Numbered from the stretch's first letter, positions 33,670 through 46,249 are shown. The stretch: DNA of 64,000 nucleotides from Bradyrhizobium sp. (GCF_035935975.1 NZ_DASYWN010000058.1:7993-71992); one strand, 5' to 3'. Notes: a model not told the origin generated them from the sequence alone. A program made the numbers and translations.

Positions 33670-34713
33670 ATGGATTCAGGCTTCGACGATCCCGATTACG
33701 ACTATGCCGCGTCCATCGCCGGACGGGCGATGCGGAGCATGGCCGAGCAGCAGATTCCGCCGACGCCGACCAATTTCGCGATCTGGTTCCAATATTTCGC
33801 CGGCAGCCATGACGATCTTCGCAACGCCGTCGATCTCCTGATCGATCACAACCGTCCCTTCGACACCCGCACCAATCAGGACCTGTTCGAGACCTACGTC
33901 GCCCCCCAGGTGAGCGCCGTCGTCGTCACGTCCGAGCGGCTGCACGCCCTGATGGGGACGGCGAAGGAGTTTCTGGCAACCGCGATCGCCGACAACCACT
34001 CGCAGATCAAGGCGATCAGCGAGGTCGCCGACCAGGGCAAGGCCGGCGTCGATCCGAAGGCGCTGGTGGCCCAGCTCATGAACGAGCTGGCGCGCGCCGC
34101 CACGCGGGCGACGCGGCTCGAGGCGGGCTTTGCCGAAAAGACCCGCGAGCTCGACGTGATCCGCGATTCGCTCTCGAGGTCGGAGGAGCGCGCCCGGACC
34201 GACACCCTGACGGGCCTTGCAAACCGGCGGGCGCTCGACGAGTTCCTGCGCAAGGCGCAGACGACGGCGGACTGGGGCGAGCCGCTCAGCGTGCTCCTGC
34301 TCGACATCGATCACTTCAAGACCTTCAACGACAGTTTTGGCCATGGCGTCGGCGATCAGGTGCTGCGCCTGATGGCCAAGGTGCTGCGTGAAAAGGTGCG
34401 CGAGCAGGATCTGCCGGCCCGCTATGGCGGCGAGGAGCTGATCGCGGTACTGCCCGATGCCGATCTCGCCACCTGCACCGAGATCGCCGAGCGCATCAGG
34501 TGCGCGATCGCCGAATGCACCATCACGCGGCGCTCGACCGGCGAGACCCTGCCCGGCATCAGCGTGTCGATCGGCGTGGCGCAGTACCGGGCGGGTGAAT
34601 CCGTCACCGACCTCATCGAGCGCTGCGACCGCGCGCTCTATCTCGCCAAGGGTGGCGGCCGTAATCGCGTGGTGACGGAGATCGAGCTCGATCGCGCGGG
34701 AGCTGCGGGCTAA
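33670..34713 (+). CDS. diguanylate cyclase (GGDEF domain; GGEEL variant with RxxD I-site)
   Basis: Start at ATG 33670. DTLTGLANRR, REQDLPARYGGEELIAVLP (I-site REQD plus GGEEL), RALYLAKGGGRNR. Confidence 0.8.
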   Translation: MDSGFDDPDYDYAASIAGRAMRSMAEQQIPPTPTNFAIWFQYFAGSHDDLRNAVDLLIDHNRPFDTRTNQDLFETYVAPQVSAVVVTSERLHALMGTAKEFLATAIADNHSQIKAISEVADQGKAGVDPKALVAQLMNELARAATRATRLEAGFAEKTRELDVIRDSLSRSEERARTDTLTGLANRRALDEFLRKAQTTADWGEPLSVLLLDIDHFKTFNDSFGHGVGDQVLRLMAKVLREKVREQDLPARYGGEELIAVLPDADLATCTEIAERIRCAIAECTITRRSTGETLPGISVSIGVAQYRAGESVTDLIERCDRALYLAKGGGRNRVVTEIELDRAGAAG

Positions 34714-34761
34714 AGCATGATCCGGAAAAGTGCGCAGCGGTTTTCCGAAAAGATCATGCTT
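34713..34761. repeat. REP-like hairpin, family H copy 2
   Basis: aagcatgatccggaaaag...ttttccgaaaagatcatgctt. Confidence 0.6.
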
Positions 34762-34771
34762 AAACAACAAC

Positions 34772-34814
34772 CTAAAGCGCGATGACGATTCATCCTAATC
34801 TCATCGCGCTTTAG
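34772..34814. terminator. hairpin between the convergent GGDEF genes (possible bidirectional terminator)
   Basis: ctaaagcgcgatga...tcatcgcgctttag. Overlaps the stop codon of the minus-strand gene. No clear U-tract. Confidence 0.35.
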
Positions 34815-36514
34815 GCGCTGGCCGCGAGCATCATCGCGGTGCCGCCGTTCTCGATCGCCTGCACGCCGTGCTCGACGACGTTGTTGCGGCCGCGGTGCTT
34901 GGCGGCGTAGAGCGCGGCGTCGGCGGCTTCGATGAGATCGCCGGGGCGCAGCGTCTCGTTGGGCTTCGTCGCGGCAACGCCGATCGAGACCGTGACGATC
35001 ATGTGGGCCGAAGTGATGTGCGGCAGGCAGAGCTTCAGCACCGCCGCGCGCACCAGCTCGCCGATCTCGACAGCGCGGTTCACATCGGTGTTCGGCAGCA
35101 GCAGGCAGAATTCCTCGCCGCCATAGCGGGCCGCAAAGCCCATCGTGTCGGCGGCAATACCGGAGAGCGACTCGCCGAGTCTCGTCAGGCAGGAATCGCC
35201 TTCGAGATGGCCGTAGGTGTCGTTGAACAGCTTGAAGTGATCGACGTCGATCATCAGCAGTGCGAGCTCGCTGTTATATTGCTGTGCGCGCATCCATTCG
35301 AAATCGAGCCGGCTCTGGAAGCCGCGGCGGTTGGCGAGGCCCGACAACATGTCGATTGAGGCCATCACCGTCAGGCGGTCGTTGCTGGCGATCAGCTCGC
35401 GCTCGCGCTGGCTGAGCTGCGCGGCCATCGCGTTGAAGGCGCGGGCCAGCGGCACGAATTCGGACGGCAGGCGGTTGCGCGCGGCGCGCGCCGAGAGGTC
35501 GCCCTCGCCAAGGCGCTTGGCCATGTCGGCCAGCATCTCGATCGGCTTGATCACGAGTTTCTCGGCGGCGATCAGCGCGCCGAGCAGGACGAACAGCACG
35601 ACGAAGGCGAGCTGAAGATAGGCGGTGCGGATGTCGCGGCTCACCGCCGCGGACACCTTGTCCTCGTCGATGCTGGCGATCAGGCGGGCATTGGTGCCGG
35701 CGATGCGGATGTAGCTGACCGCGCGGCGGGAGCCGTCGGCGGCGAGGAAAGACAACGATCCCTCGTCCTGGTCCGACCGCAGCGCCTTGTCGGCGATCGC
35801 CGACATCAGCGGCATGTTGTCGAGCGGGCGGCCGATCGCGCCGTGCTGATCGGCCGGTGCGGCTAGCACGGTCCCGGCGCTGTCGACCAGCACGGCGGTA
35901 ATGCCGGCGCGGCCGCCGAGATTGTTCATGACCTTCGACATCCAGTCGAGGTTCACGGTGGCGAGCACGACGGCGTCAGTGACGCCGCTGAACGCGGACA
36001 CCGGATAGACCGCCATGACTGTCGGCGACGGCACCGGGCGCGACAGGATGAAATCGCTCAGCACGAAACGGCCGGTTTCCTGCGCCTGCTGAAAGTACGG
36101 CCGGTCACTGAGATCGAGGCCGACATACATGTTGTTGGTGGCGCACTGGATGCGTCCGTCCTGGCCGGCGATCAACAGCGTGCGGATCCAGGGAAGGTTC
36201 GACGGCAGGCTCGCGCGCAGCACGTCGCAGCTCTTGGTGATGCCGCCGGCGGACGCGCGAATGAAGGCCTCGGATTTAAGGATGGTCTCGACCGACGAGA
36301 TCACCTCGCGCTGCGCATCGGCGCTGTGCCGTGCAATATTGGTGAACTCAGCAGCGGCCTGCGCGATCTGCTTGGCGCGCGTGTCCTCGAGTGAGCGGAT
36401 CCGCTCGAACATCAAGGGCGTCACCAGAATCACCGCGAGCAACGCAAGCCGCGCCCGGATTCCGAGAAGCTGCTTGAGTTTCACTCGTTTGCGGTTGAAA
36501 CTGACGTTTGCCAT
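34811..36514 (-). CDS. sensor diguanylate cyclase (TM, Cache-like periplasmic domain, HAMP, GGDEF)
   Basis: GGEEFCLLLP active site. HAMP-like KPIEMLADMAKRLGEGDLS. Two TM helices flank an extracytoplasmic domain of about 270 aa. ATG at 36514 preferred; TTG at 36538 is possible. Confidence 0.85.
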   Translation of the reverse strand: MANVSFNRKRVKLKQLLGIRARLALLAVILVTPLMFERIRSLEDTRAKQIAQAAAEFTNIARHSADAQREVISSVETILKSEAFIRASAGGITKSCDVLRASLPSNLPWIRTLLIAGQDGRIQCATNNMYVGLDLSDRPYFQQAQETGRFVLSDFILSRPVPSPTVMAVYPVSAFSGVTDAVVLATVNLDWMSKVMNNLGGRAGITAVLVDSAGTVLAAPADQHGAIGRPLDNMPLMSAIADKALRSDQDEGSLSFLAADGSRRAVSYIRIAGTNARLIASIDEDKVSAAVSRDIRTAYLQLAFVVLFVLLGALIAAEKLVIKPIEMLADMAKRLGEGDLSARAARNRLPSEFVPLARAFNAMAAQLSQRERELIASNDRLTVMASIDMLSGLANRRGFQSRLDFEWMRAQQYNSELALLMIDVDHFKLFNDTYGHLEGDSCLTRLGESLSGIAADTMGFAARYGGEEFCLLLPNTDVNRAVEIGELVRAAVLKLCLPHITSAHMIVTVSIGVAATKPNETLRPGDLIEAADAALYAAKHRGRNNVVEHGVQAIENGGTAMMLAASA

Positions 36515-36621
36515 CTTCGCTACCCACCCCGCGGGCAAGGTAAAGCGAAGGGTTCAAAAACTCTTTCTTGAACTCGGTAAAATTGGACTTACCTCGGTTA
36601 CGATCGTAAGCAATCGTCGTC

Positions 36622-37311
36622 ATGACAGATGAAAACGTAGCGCCGGTAACCGGCCATTCACCAAACGCGCTCGCCGCGGTCGAGGCCGAAATTGCACGCG
36701 CCTGCAAGGAAGCGCGCCGGGATCGCGCCTCCGTCACGCTGATCGCGGTCTCGAAAACGTTCGACGCCGATGCAATTATCCCGGTCATCGCCGCCGGACA
36801 GCGCGTATTCGGCGAGAATCGCGTGCAGGAGGCCAAGGGCAAGTGGCCGGCGTTAACGTCCATCCACCCCGATATCGCGCTGCATCTGATCGGGCCGCTG
36901 CAATCCAACAAGGCCAAGGAGGCGGTTGCGCTGTTCGATGCCATCCATTCGGTCGACCGCCCGAGCATTTGCCAGGCGTTAGCCAAGGAAATCGAATCCC
37001 AGAAAAAGCACCCGCAGCTCTTCGTCCAGATCAACACCGGCGAGGAGCCGCAGAAGGCCGGCGTCGCGCCTGGCGAGGCCGACGCCTTTCTCGCGAGCTG
37101 CCGCGACACCTACGGGCTGACGATTTCAGGCCTGATGTGCATCCCGCCGGTGGACGAGCCGCCGGCGGCGCATTTCGCGCTCACGGCCAAGATCGCGGAG
37201 CGCAACGGCTTGAAGAACCTGTCGATGGGCATGAGCGCGGATTTCGCGACAGCCATCATGTTGGGCGCCACCCATGTGCGCGTCGGGAGCGCGATCTTCG
37301 GGCATCGGTAG
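36622..37311 (+). CDS. yggS: YggS-family pyridoxal phosphate homeostasis protein
   Basis: LIAVSKTF (PLP Lys), FGENRVQE, HLIGPLQSNK, LSMGMS.DF, typical YggS. Confidence 0.9.
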   Translation: MTDENVAPVTGHSPNALAAVEAEIARACKEARRDRASVTLIAVSKTFDADAIIPVIAAGQRVFGENRVQEAKGKWPALTSIHPDIALHLIGPLQSNKAKEAVALFDAIHSVDRPSICQALAKEIESQKKHPQLFVQINTGEEPQKAGVAPGEADAFLASCRDTYGLTISGLMCIPPVDEPPAAHFALTAKIAERNGLKNLSMGMSADFATAIMLGATHVRVGSAIFGHR

Positions 37312-37330
37312 AAGCTATTTGCGCCGGTGC

Positions 37331-37420
37331 GTAGCCCGGATGGAGCGAAGCGAAATCCGGGACCGGCATCGCTTCCAGCTACCAGCGTCCCCGGATTGCG
37401 CTTCGCTCCATCCGGGCTAC
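37331..37420. repeat. REP-like hairpin, family A copy 2
   Basis: gtagcccggatggagcgaagcgaaatccgggac ... gtccccggattgcgcttcgctccatccgggctac. Confidence 0.75.
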
Positions 37421-37453
37421 GGGTCGTCGCTTCGTTCGCAATGACGGCGAGGC

Positions 37454-38239
37454 CTACACAAACCCCACCGACGCCTTCCCCAGCACGCCAAAGTCCACCG
37501 CAAAATGATCGCCGGCCTGGATCGGCAGCGGCGGATGGCATGTGCCCGTCGTCACCACCTCCCCTGCCCGCAAAATGATGCCGAGCCCGCGCAGTTCGTT
37601 GGCGAGCCAGGCGAGCGCGACGCGGGGATCGCCGAGCACGTTCTTGCCATGACCGGTGTAGTGCTGGCCGCGCAGCGTGATCTGCGGCCGCTCCTCGACG
37701 AGATCCATCGCGCGCCAGTTCGCTGACGTTGCTGCGCCCAGCACGAACAGATGCGCGCACGCATTGTCGGCGATGAGCTGCGCTTCGCCGGCGCCGGCGA
37801 AGTCGGCAAAGCGCGAGTCGGGAATCTCGATCGCGGGATGCAAGGTCTCGACGGCGGCGAGCACCTCGTCGACGCTGTACGGTATCGCGCGCGGCGGCAG
37901 ATCGCGTCCCATGCGGAAGGCGAATTCGGGCTCGCCGACGCGCATCTCGTTGCCCTTCATCGACGCGGTGCCGCCATCGGCGATCACGGTGTCGCTCATG
38001 ATGCGCCCCGCGAGCGGTCCCGCGACATTGATGTGCTTCTGTCCGGCTTCGCTGGTTGCGGCGATCTTCCAGCCAAACAGTTTTCCGAGCGATTGCGTTT
38101 CGAGGACGGCCTGGATCGCATAGCCATCAGCGCGGCTCTGTGGCCGCAACTTGGGCTCAAGCGCGTCGAGCTTGGTGCCGTCACGCCAATGCTTGACCAG
38201 GACGTTGGATGCTGTGGCGATCTGATCCCTGTCGAGCAT
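37454..38239 (-). CDS. 2-keto-4-pentenoate hydratase / fumarylacetoacetate hydrolase-family hydratase
   Basis: GYAIQ..., GWKIAATS, EPEFAF, VVTTGT are MhpD/HpcG-like motifs. Confidence 0.7.
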   Translation of the reverse strand: MLDRDQIATASNVLVKHWRDGTKLDALEPKLRPQSRADGYAIQAVLETQSLGKLFGWKIAATSEAGQKHINVAGPLAGRIMSDTVIADGGTASMKGNEMRVGEPEFAFRMGRDLPPRAIPYSVDEVLAAVETLHPAIEIPDSRFADFAGAGEAQLIADNACAHLFVLGAATSANWRAMDLVEERPQITLRGQHYTGHGKNVLGDPRVALAWLANELRGLGIILRAGEVVTTGTCHPPLPIQAGDHFAVDFGVLGKASVGFV

Positions 38240-38245
38240 GTGTCC

Positions 38246-38839
38246 TCACCCGATGATGATTTTTGTTCTTGGTCCCAGTCGTCGCAGCAATTGTAGCATC
38301 GCCGCCCTGGTCATCGAGACGCAGCCCGCGGTCGGTCCGAAATTATCGCGCGCCAGATGCAGGAACACGGCGCTACCGCGGCCGGCGATCCGAGGCCTGG
38401 TGTTGTGGTCGATTTCGATGATGAAGTCATAGAGATGGTCGGCCCGCTTGAGCCGGTCACCGCCCTGCTCCCGGCCCAGCCGGATCGCCTGATTGTAATG
38501 GCGGTCTTTGGGGTCCTCGCACCAGGCGTCGGTGTCGCCAATCGGCCTTGCCGGTAAAAAGGTCTGCGGCCGGCTGTGCCGGTCGCCCCGCCACCACAAT
38601 TGCCGGGGGTGGAAGCTGCCCCTGGGGGTGCCGCCATCGCCCTCGCGCTTGTTCGCCAGGATGCCGCCGCGCCCCAGCGCCACCGGAGTCGTCAGCGCTC
38701 CGGCGGTCAGCCAGCCCCGGCGCGGATTCCCGGCGGCAGGCTTAACGCGGATCGCGGACAGTGGTCCGGAGCTCCGATTTCGGGTATAAGCGGCTGACAC
38801 AGCTTTGTTTTTCATGTGAACGGGCGATGTCGAATTCAT
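38246..38839 (-). CDS. L,D-transpeptidase catalytic-domain family protein
   Basis: GSAVFLHLARDNFGPTAGCVSM matches the YkuD H...G-C active-site pattern. Start uncertain; an alternative ATG lies at 38815. Confidence 0.6.
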   Translation of the reverse strand: MNSTSPVHMKNKAVSAAYTRNRSSGPLSAIRVKPAAGNPRRGWLTAGALTTPVALGRGGILANKREGDGGTPRGSFHPRQLWWRGDRHSRPQTFLPARPIGDTDAWCEDPKDRHYNQAIRLGREQGGDRLKRADHLYDFIIEIDHNTRPRIAGRGSAVFLHLARDNFGPTAGCVSMTRAAMLQLLRRLGPRTKIIIG

Positions 38840-39018
38840 TACAGGACATTCATCAAAACGCCCTGCTATTTTGAGTTAGAGTGGTTCTGGCTTGTGAATC
38901 GGTAACAGCCCACTACTTCAACACGAATAACAATAATAAGCGCGACCCCTAAACTTCCCCTCGCGGCTTGGTGCAGCATGGTTGCGCGCCTCGTCGGACT
39001 CCAAAAGGATGACCCCCT

Positions 39019-39705
39019 ATGGCCAATGCCCGCAAGATCCTGATCGTGGATGACGATACCGATCTGCGCGACACGTTGGTGGAGCAATTATCGCTGCACG
39101 AAGAATTTGAAGCCTCTGCCGTCGATACCGGCGCCAAGGGCGCCAGCGCCGCAAAGGCCAATTCCCCCGATCTCGTCCTGATGGATGTCGGGCTTCCCGA
39201 CACCGACGGCCGCGAGGTGGTTCGCTCCCTGCGCAAGGGTGGCTTCAAGGCCCCGATCATCATGCTGACCGGGCACGACACCGATTCCGACACGATTTTG
39301 GGCCTTGAATCCGGCGCCAACGACTACGTCGCAAAGCCCTTCCGTTTCGCGGTGTTGCTGGCCCGCATCCGCGCGCAGCTCCGCCAGCACGAAGCCAGCG
39401 AGGACGCTGTGTTCTCGGTCGGCCCCTACTCCTTCCGTCCCGGTTCGAAGATGCTGACCGCGGCCAATGCGCGCAAGGTCCGCCTCACCGAGAAGGAAAC
39501 GGCGATCCTCCGCTTTCTCTACCGCGCCGGCCAGATGCCGGTGTCGCGCGAGACCCTGCTCCAGGAGGTCTGGGGCTACAATTCCGGCGTCACCACCCAC
39601 ACGCTGGAAACCCACATCTACCGCCTCCGCCAGAAGATCGAGAAGGACGCCGCCAACCCGGAAATCCTGGTGACGGAAGCCGGTGGCTACAAGCTGGTGC
39701 CGTGA
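39019..39705 (+). CDS. OmpR-family response regulator (CenR-like)
   Basis: Receiver ILIVDDD...DLVLMDVGLPD...AKPF. Winged-helix LTEKETAILRFL...THIYRLRQKIE. Confidence 0.85.
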   Translation: MANARKILIVDDDTDLRDTLVEQLSLHEEFEASAVDTGAKGASAAKANSPDLVLMDVGLPDTDGREVVRSLRKGGFKAPIIMLTGHDTDSDTILGLESGANDYVAKPFRFAVLLARIRAQLRQHEASEDAVFSVGPYSFRPGSKMLTAANARKVRLTEKETAILRFLYRAGQMPVSRETLLQEVWGYNSGVTTHTLETHIYRLRQKIEKDAANPEILVTEAGGYKLVP

Positions 39706-39765
39706 TACGTTCCGGAAACGCGCGATTCGTCGTAAATTCGCGCGTTCCTCGAGCTTCGGACCGGA

Positions 39766-40209
39766 ATGTCAATCGACGACGACGTAGCGCTACTGGAGCG
39801 TGTCCCGACACTGCGCCTGTTGGGAGACGCCTCGTTGCGCATGCTGGCGATCGGCTCGGAGCAGCGTAACTTCGTTCGCGGCGATGTCCTGTTCAATCTC
39901 GGTGACGACGCCGATGCCGGCTACGTGGTCCAGCGCGGCGCCTTCCGCGTCGATGATGGCGCCGGCGCCGAGATGATCGCAGGTCCCGGCGCGCTGATCG
40001 GCGAGCTTGCGCTGGTGGTGCCGATGAAGCGGCCGTCGAGCGCGACTGCGCTGGAGCATTCCTCCGTCATCCGCGTCGCGCGCAGCCTGTTCCAGCGTGT
40101 GCTCGAAAGCGATCCCGCCGCCGCGGTTCGTCTTCGTGATGAATTCGCAGTGCGCTCCAGCCAGATCGCCAGCGATATCCTGATGGCGGGCGCGAAGCTG
40201 ACGAGCTGA
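39766..40209 (+). CDS. cyclic nucleotide-binding domain protein
   Basis: A single cNMP-binding-like beta-barrel (GDVLFNLGD...GALIGELAL), 147 aa, with no DNA-binding domain. Confidence 0.6.
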   Translation: MSIDDDVALLERVPTLRLLGDASLRMLAIGSEQRNFVRGDVLFNLGDDADAGYVVQRGAFRVDDGAGAEMIAGPGALIGELALVVPMKRPSSATALEHSSVIRVARSLFQRVLESDPAAAVRLRDEFAVRSSQIASDILMAGAKLTS

Positions 40210-40222
40210 AGATCGCAGCCTC

Positions 40223-40308
40223 GTAGCCCGGATGGAGCGCAGCCGTAATCCGGGATTCGCGCCTCCGGAAAGACCGTCCCGGATTTCGCTGCGCTCCATC
40301 CGGGCTAC
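40223..40308. repeat. REP-like hairpin, family A copy 3
   Basis: gtagcccggatggagcgcagccgtaatccggga ... gtcccggatttcgctgcgctccatccgggctac. Confidence 0.75.
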
Positions 40309-40314
40309 GGAACC

Positions 40315-41130
40315 TCAAACGTCCAGCGTCACCGTCACGGGCACATGGTCCGACGGCCGTTCCCAGCTCCGCGCATCGCGCAGAATCTTGAAATCCTGGA
40401 CCGCTTCCTTCAGCGCGCGCGACACCCAGATGTGGTCGAGCCGGCGGCCGCGATCGCCGACGGTCCAGTCGGCGGAGCGGTAGCTCCACCAGGTATAGAC
40501 CTTCTCCGACAACGGAATGCGGTCGCGCGCGACGTCGATCCACTCGCCGGCTTCGAGCGCGGCCTTCAGCTTCTCGGTTTCGACAGGCGTGTGCGAGACG
40601 ACTTTGAGAAGCTGCTTGTGCGACCACACGTCGTTCTCGTGCGGCGCGACGTTGAGGTCGCCGACCAGGATGTGGCGATCCTCGCCGCGCGGATGCAGCG
40701 GCTCGCACGCCTTCATCTCGTCGAGGAAGCGGAGCTTGTGGTCGAACTTCTCGTTCAACGCGGGATCGGGAATATCGCCGCCGGCGGGCACGTAGAAATT
40801 ATGCAGCACCAGCGGCTTTGCGATGTTCGCCTTCTCGCCGAACGACACCGAGATGTGGCGCGAATCCACCTTGTCGCAGAAGGTTCGGATGTCGGTGGAT
40901 TCGAATGGAATCTTCGAGACGATGGCGACGCCGTGATAGCCCTTCTGTCCGTTCAGCGCGACGTGCTCATAGCCGAGCCGCTTGAAGCGCTTCAGCGGAA
41001 AGGCATCGTCGATGCACTTGGTTTCCTGCAGGCACAGCACATCCGGCCGCGCGCTCTTGAGAAACTTCGCGACGAGATCGATGCGCAGCCGCACCGAGTT
41101 GATGTTCCAGGTTGTCAGGGAAAAACGCAT
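40315..41130 (-). CDS. xthA: exodeoxyribonuclease III
   Basis: TWNINSVR, LCLQETK, GDLNV, SDHVPV, canonical EEP/ExoIII motifs. Confidence 0.9.
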   Translation of the reverse strand: MRFSLTTWNINSVRLRIDLVAKFLKSARPDVLCLQETKCIDDAFPLKRFKRLGYEHVALNGQKGYHGVAIVSKIPFESTDIRTFCDKVDSRHISVSFGEKANIAKPLVLHNFYVPAGGDIPDPALNEKFDHKLRFLDEMKACEPLHPRGEDRHILVGDLNVAPHENDVWSHKQLLKVVSHTPVETEKLKAALEAGEWIDVARDRIPLSEKVYTWWSYRSADWTVGDRGRRLDHIWVSRALKEAVQDFKILRDARSWERPSDHVPVTVTLDV

Positions 41131-41223
41131 GGGAAATGCGTCTTAGCAAGCTCTCGCAGGGTGGGCAAAGGCGCAAAGCGCCGTGCCCACCGTCTTTTCC
41201 CTGCGAATGGCCGGACGAACTCT

Positions 41224-41347
41224 CTCGTGCCCCGGACGCTGCGCGGCACGAAGTGACGCGCTGCAGAGCCGGGGCCCGTCTGCGCGGCATTCTGGGTCCC
41301 GGCTCTGCGCCGCACCGCTGCGCGCTGCGCCGCGTCCGGGACACGAG
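41224..41347. repeat. REP-like long hairpin, family F (preceded by small hairpin 41161-41190)
   Basis: Arms ctcgtgccccggacgctgcgcggcac...gcagagccggggccc / gggtcccggctctgcgcc...gcgtccgggacacgag. Upstream hairpin gtgggcaaaggcgcaaagcgccgtgcccac. Confidence 0.6.
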
Positions 41348-41353
41348 ACCGAG

Positions 41354-42166
41354 CTAACCCGGCGACGGGCCGTAATTGGTGAAATCGATCTTGAACATGC
41401 CGGGATCGAGCTTCTTGGTCGAATCCAGATTGTAGACCGCGATCGTGGTGTCGTAGCCCTGCGGATCGGTGACGGTCCACTGCTTGAGCTGGCCGTCCTT
41501 GGCGCCGAACATCAGCAAGAGACGACTGGTGCCAACCAGCGCCTGCTTCTCCTCGATGGTGACGCTGACGAAGACGTCGTCGGCCGAGACGTTGACGACG
41601 TTGGTGTCCTTCATCAGGTCGATGCGGTCGGACAAGAGAAAGCGCAGCGGCGTCTGCGACAGCGGATAGACGTCCTGGGTCGCGAGCTTGCGGTCGCGCA
41701 CCACCAGCGAAGATCCGTCTGCGACGATGTCGATCGGGCTTGGCGCGTCATATTCGAAGCGCACCTTGCCGGGCTTCTGAATGTAGAAATCGCCCTGCGT
41801 CTTGCTGCCGTCCGGCCCGACCTGGACGAAATTGCCGACCAGCGTCTGGAGCGAGGACAGATAGGCGCTGACCTTGGCGGCCTGCGCCTTCTGGTTGGCG
41901 TCGAAGGTCTGGAAGATGCTGCTCGGCACGTTGCGGCGCGGGTCCGGGATCACCGGATTCGGCGGCGCCTGCGTCGCGCCGGTGACGGAGGGCCCGCCGG
42001 CGGAGGCTCCGCCATCACGGCCCTTCGGCGCGGGTTTGGGCACGGGGACGCTCTGCGCGAACGACGCGGCAGTCACCATCGCGGCGGTGACGAGAAGCAC
42101 GCCGGCCACGCGCGCGCTTCGCGCAGCAATGGTGGCAGCGAATCGAATGTCCGGATGTCTGATCAA
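41354..42166 (-). CDS. LolA-like outer-membrane lipoprotein carrier family protein
   Basis: A TTG start at 42166 gives the signal peptide ...VLLVTAAMVTAASFA-QS. LolA-like body (GDFYIQKPGKVRFEY). Sits directly downstream of ftsK, as in many proteobacteria. The rest of the 590-aa ORF is an out-of-frame shadow of ftsK. Confidence 0.65.
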   Translation of the reverse strand: MIRHPDIRFAATIAARSARVAGVLLVTAAMVTAASFAQSVPVPKPAPKGRDGGASAGGPSVTGATQAPPNPVIPDPRRNVPSSIFQTFDANQKAQAAKVSAYLSSLQTLVGNFVQVGPDGSKTQGDFYIQKPGKVRFEYDAPSPIDIVADGSSLVVRDRKLATQDVYPLSQTPLRFLLSDRIDLMKDTNVVNVSADDVFVSVTIEEKQALVGTSRLLLMFGAKDGQLKQWTVTDPQGYDTTIAVYNLDSTKKLDPGMFKIDFTNYGPSPG

Positions 42167-42261
42167 CGCGTCGTCCTGTGTGGCTGGGCGCCTTTTTAAC
42201 GTGATTTCGGGCAAAAGCAGATAACGATTTCGCGTGAAATTATGTTTTGAAGCCCCTCGCC

Positions 42262-44751
<2,490 letters not shown>

Positions 44752-44760
44752 GGGCCCCGC

Positions 44761-45975
44761 CTAACCCAGAGTTTCGACCAGCCGGTGCAGCGCCTGCGCC
44801 GTGGTCTCGCTATCCTGCACCAGTGCGAGGCGAATGTAGCCGGCACCGGGATTGAAGCCGTCCGGCTGCTGCCGTGCCAGGAAGCTGCCGGGCACCACGC
44901 GCACGCCTGCTTCGGTGAAGAGCTTCAGGCACACCGACACGTCGTCGCCGATCTCGGACGTGTTGAGCCAGACGCAGAAGCCGGCGTCGGGCCGGCGATA
45001 GCCGTAGCGGTTGCCGATGATCTGGTCGGCGAGATCGAACTTGATCCGGTAGAGCCTGCGGTTCTCCTCGACATGCGCTTCGTCGCCATAGGCAAAGGTC
45101 GCGACATGCTGAAGCGGCACCGGCACCTGCGGCGCCGCGATGTTGCGCAGCTCCAGGAACATGCCGATGAACTTCTTGTCGCCGGCGGCGAAGCCGACGC
45201 GCAGGCCCGGGAGGTTGGAGCGCTTCGACAGCGACTGGAACGCAGCCACGCGGGTGAAATCGGGGCCAGCGCATTCGAGCGCGCTGCCCGGTGCTTCGCG
45301 GGTGTAGATCTCCGAATAGCACTCGTCGCTGAGGATCATGAAGCCGTAGCGATCGGCGAGCTGCTTCAATCGCCTGAAATAGTCGGGCTTGGCGACCGAG
45401 CCCTGCGGATTGGCGGGCGAAGCCAGATAGAACGCCACCGTGCGCGCCAGCGTCGCCTCGTCGATGGCGTCGAGATCGGGCAGAAAACCGTTTTCGACGG
45501 TGGTCGGCAGATAGACCGGCTCGCAGGCGGCTGCGAGGGCACCGGCGCCATAGACCGGGTAGAACGGGTTCGGCATCAGGATGGCCGGCTTGCCCGGACG
45601 CGGGCCGACATAGCGCGCGGCTGCGATCGCGGCGAGGAACAGCCCCTCGCGGCTGCCATTGAGGACGAGAATCTCGGCCTTGGGGTCGAGCGGCCGCGGC
45701 AGCCTGAAGCGCGACGACAGCCAGGCGCTCGCGGCCTGGCGGAACGGCTCGGTGCCCTGGTTCATCGGGTAACGGCCGAAATCGGCGATGTGCTTGGCCA
45801 GCACCGGGCCGACGAAGTCGGGCACGGGATGCTGCGGCTCGCCGACCGCGAGCGAAATCAAGGGCTTGCCGGGTTGATGCGGCGCCAGCAACTCGTTCAG
45901 CCGGACGAAGGGCGAGCGTGCGTTGTTGGAGCTTCCACCGTCCAGCGGCGCACGGGTTGAAGCGGTCATGACCAT
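44761..45975 (-). CDS. class I/II PLP-dependent aminotransferase (DapC/AspC-like)
   Basis: SLSKRSNLPGLRVGF (PLP Lys context) and NPxNPxG (SPANPQG). Start ambiguous among 46011, 45975 and 45969. Confidence 0.8.
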   Translation of the reverse strand: MVMTASTRAPLDGGSSNNARSPFVRLNELLAPHQPGKPLISLAVGEPQHPVPDFVGPVLAKHIADFGRYPMNQGTEPFRQAASAWLSSRFRLPRPLDPKAEILVLNGSREGLFLAAIAAARYVGPRPGKPAILMPNPFYPVYGAGALAAACEPVYLPTTVENGFLPDLDAIDEATLARTVAFYLASPANPQGSVAKPDYFRRLKQLADRYGFMILSDECYSEIYTREAPGSALECAGPDFTRVAAFQSLSKRSNLPGLRVGFAAGDKKFIGMFLELRNIAAPQVPVPLQHVATFAYGDEAHVEENRRLYRIKFDLADQIIGNRYGYRRPDAGFCVWLNTSEIGDDVSVCLKLFTEAGVRVVPGSFLARQQPDGFNPGAGYIRLALVQDSETTAQALHRLVETLG

Positions 45976-46249
45976 TCTGGGCGCCAGTACTCTTGGAACG
46001 GCCGGTCGCACGAAAGCGCCGGCGGGAAACGGTTCAGTTCACCATAGATAGGGCGAGGTTAAGACGCGATTAACCATCGGCTTTCCGCGCCATCAAGAGT
46101 CATTTCCGTAACCCAGATGAGAGGTTCCGGCCCGGCGGGCGGAGCCTTGCCGGTGATTGTATACGGAACAGCCGCCACCCCGCTCGCGCGGCGGCATGAT
46201 CGGCCGCGCGTCGGTCGTCGTCTGGTGATGTGCCGATCGCGGTCTCGGC

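Noticed and set aside
31260-33812. 850-aa plus-strand ORF
   Set aside because: Antisense shadow of leuS (HIGH/KMSKS on the minus strand). No motifs of its own.
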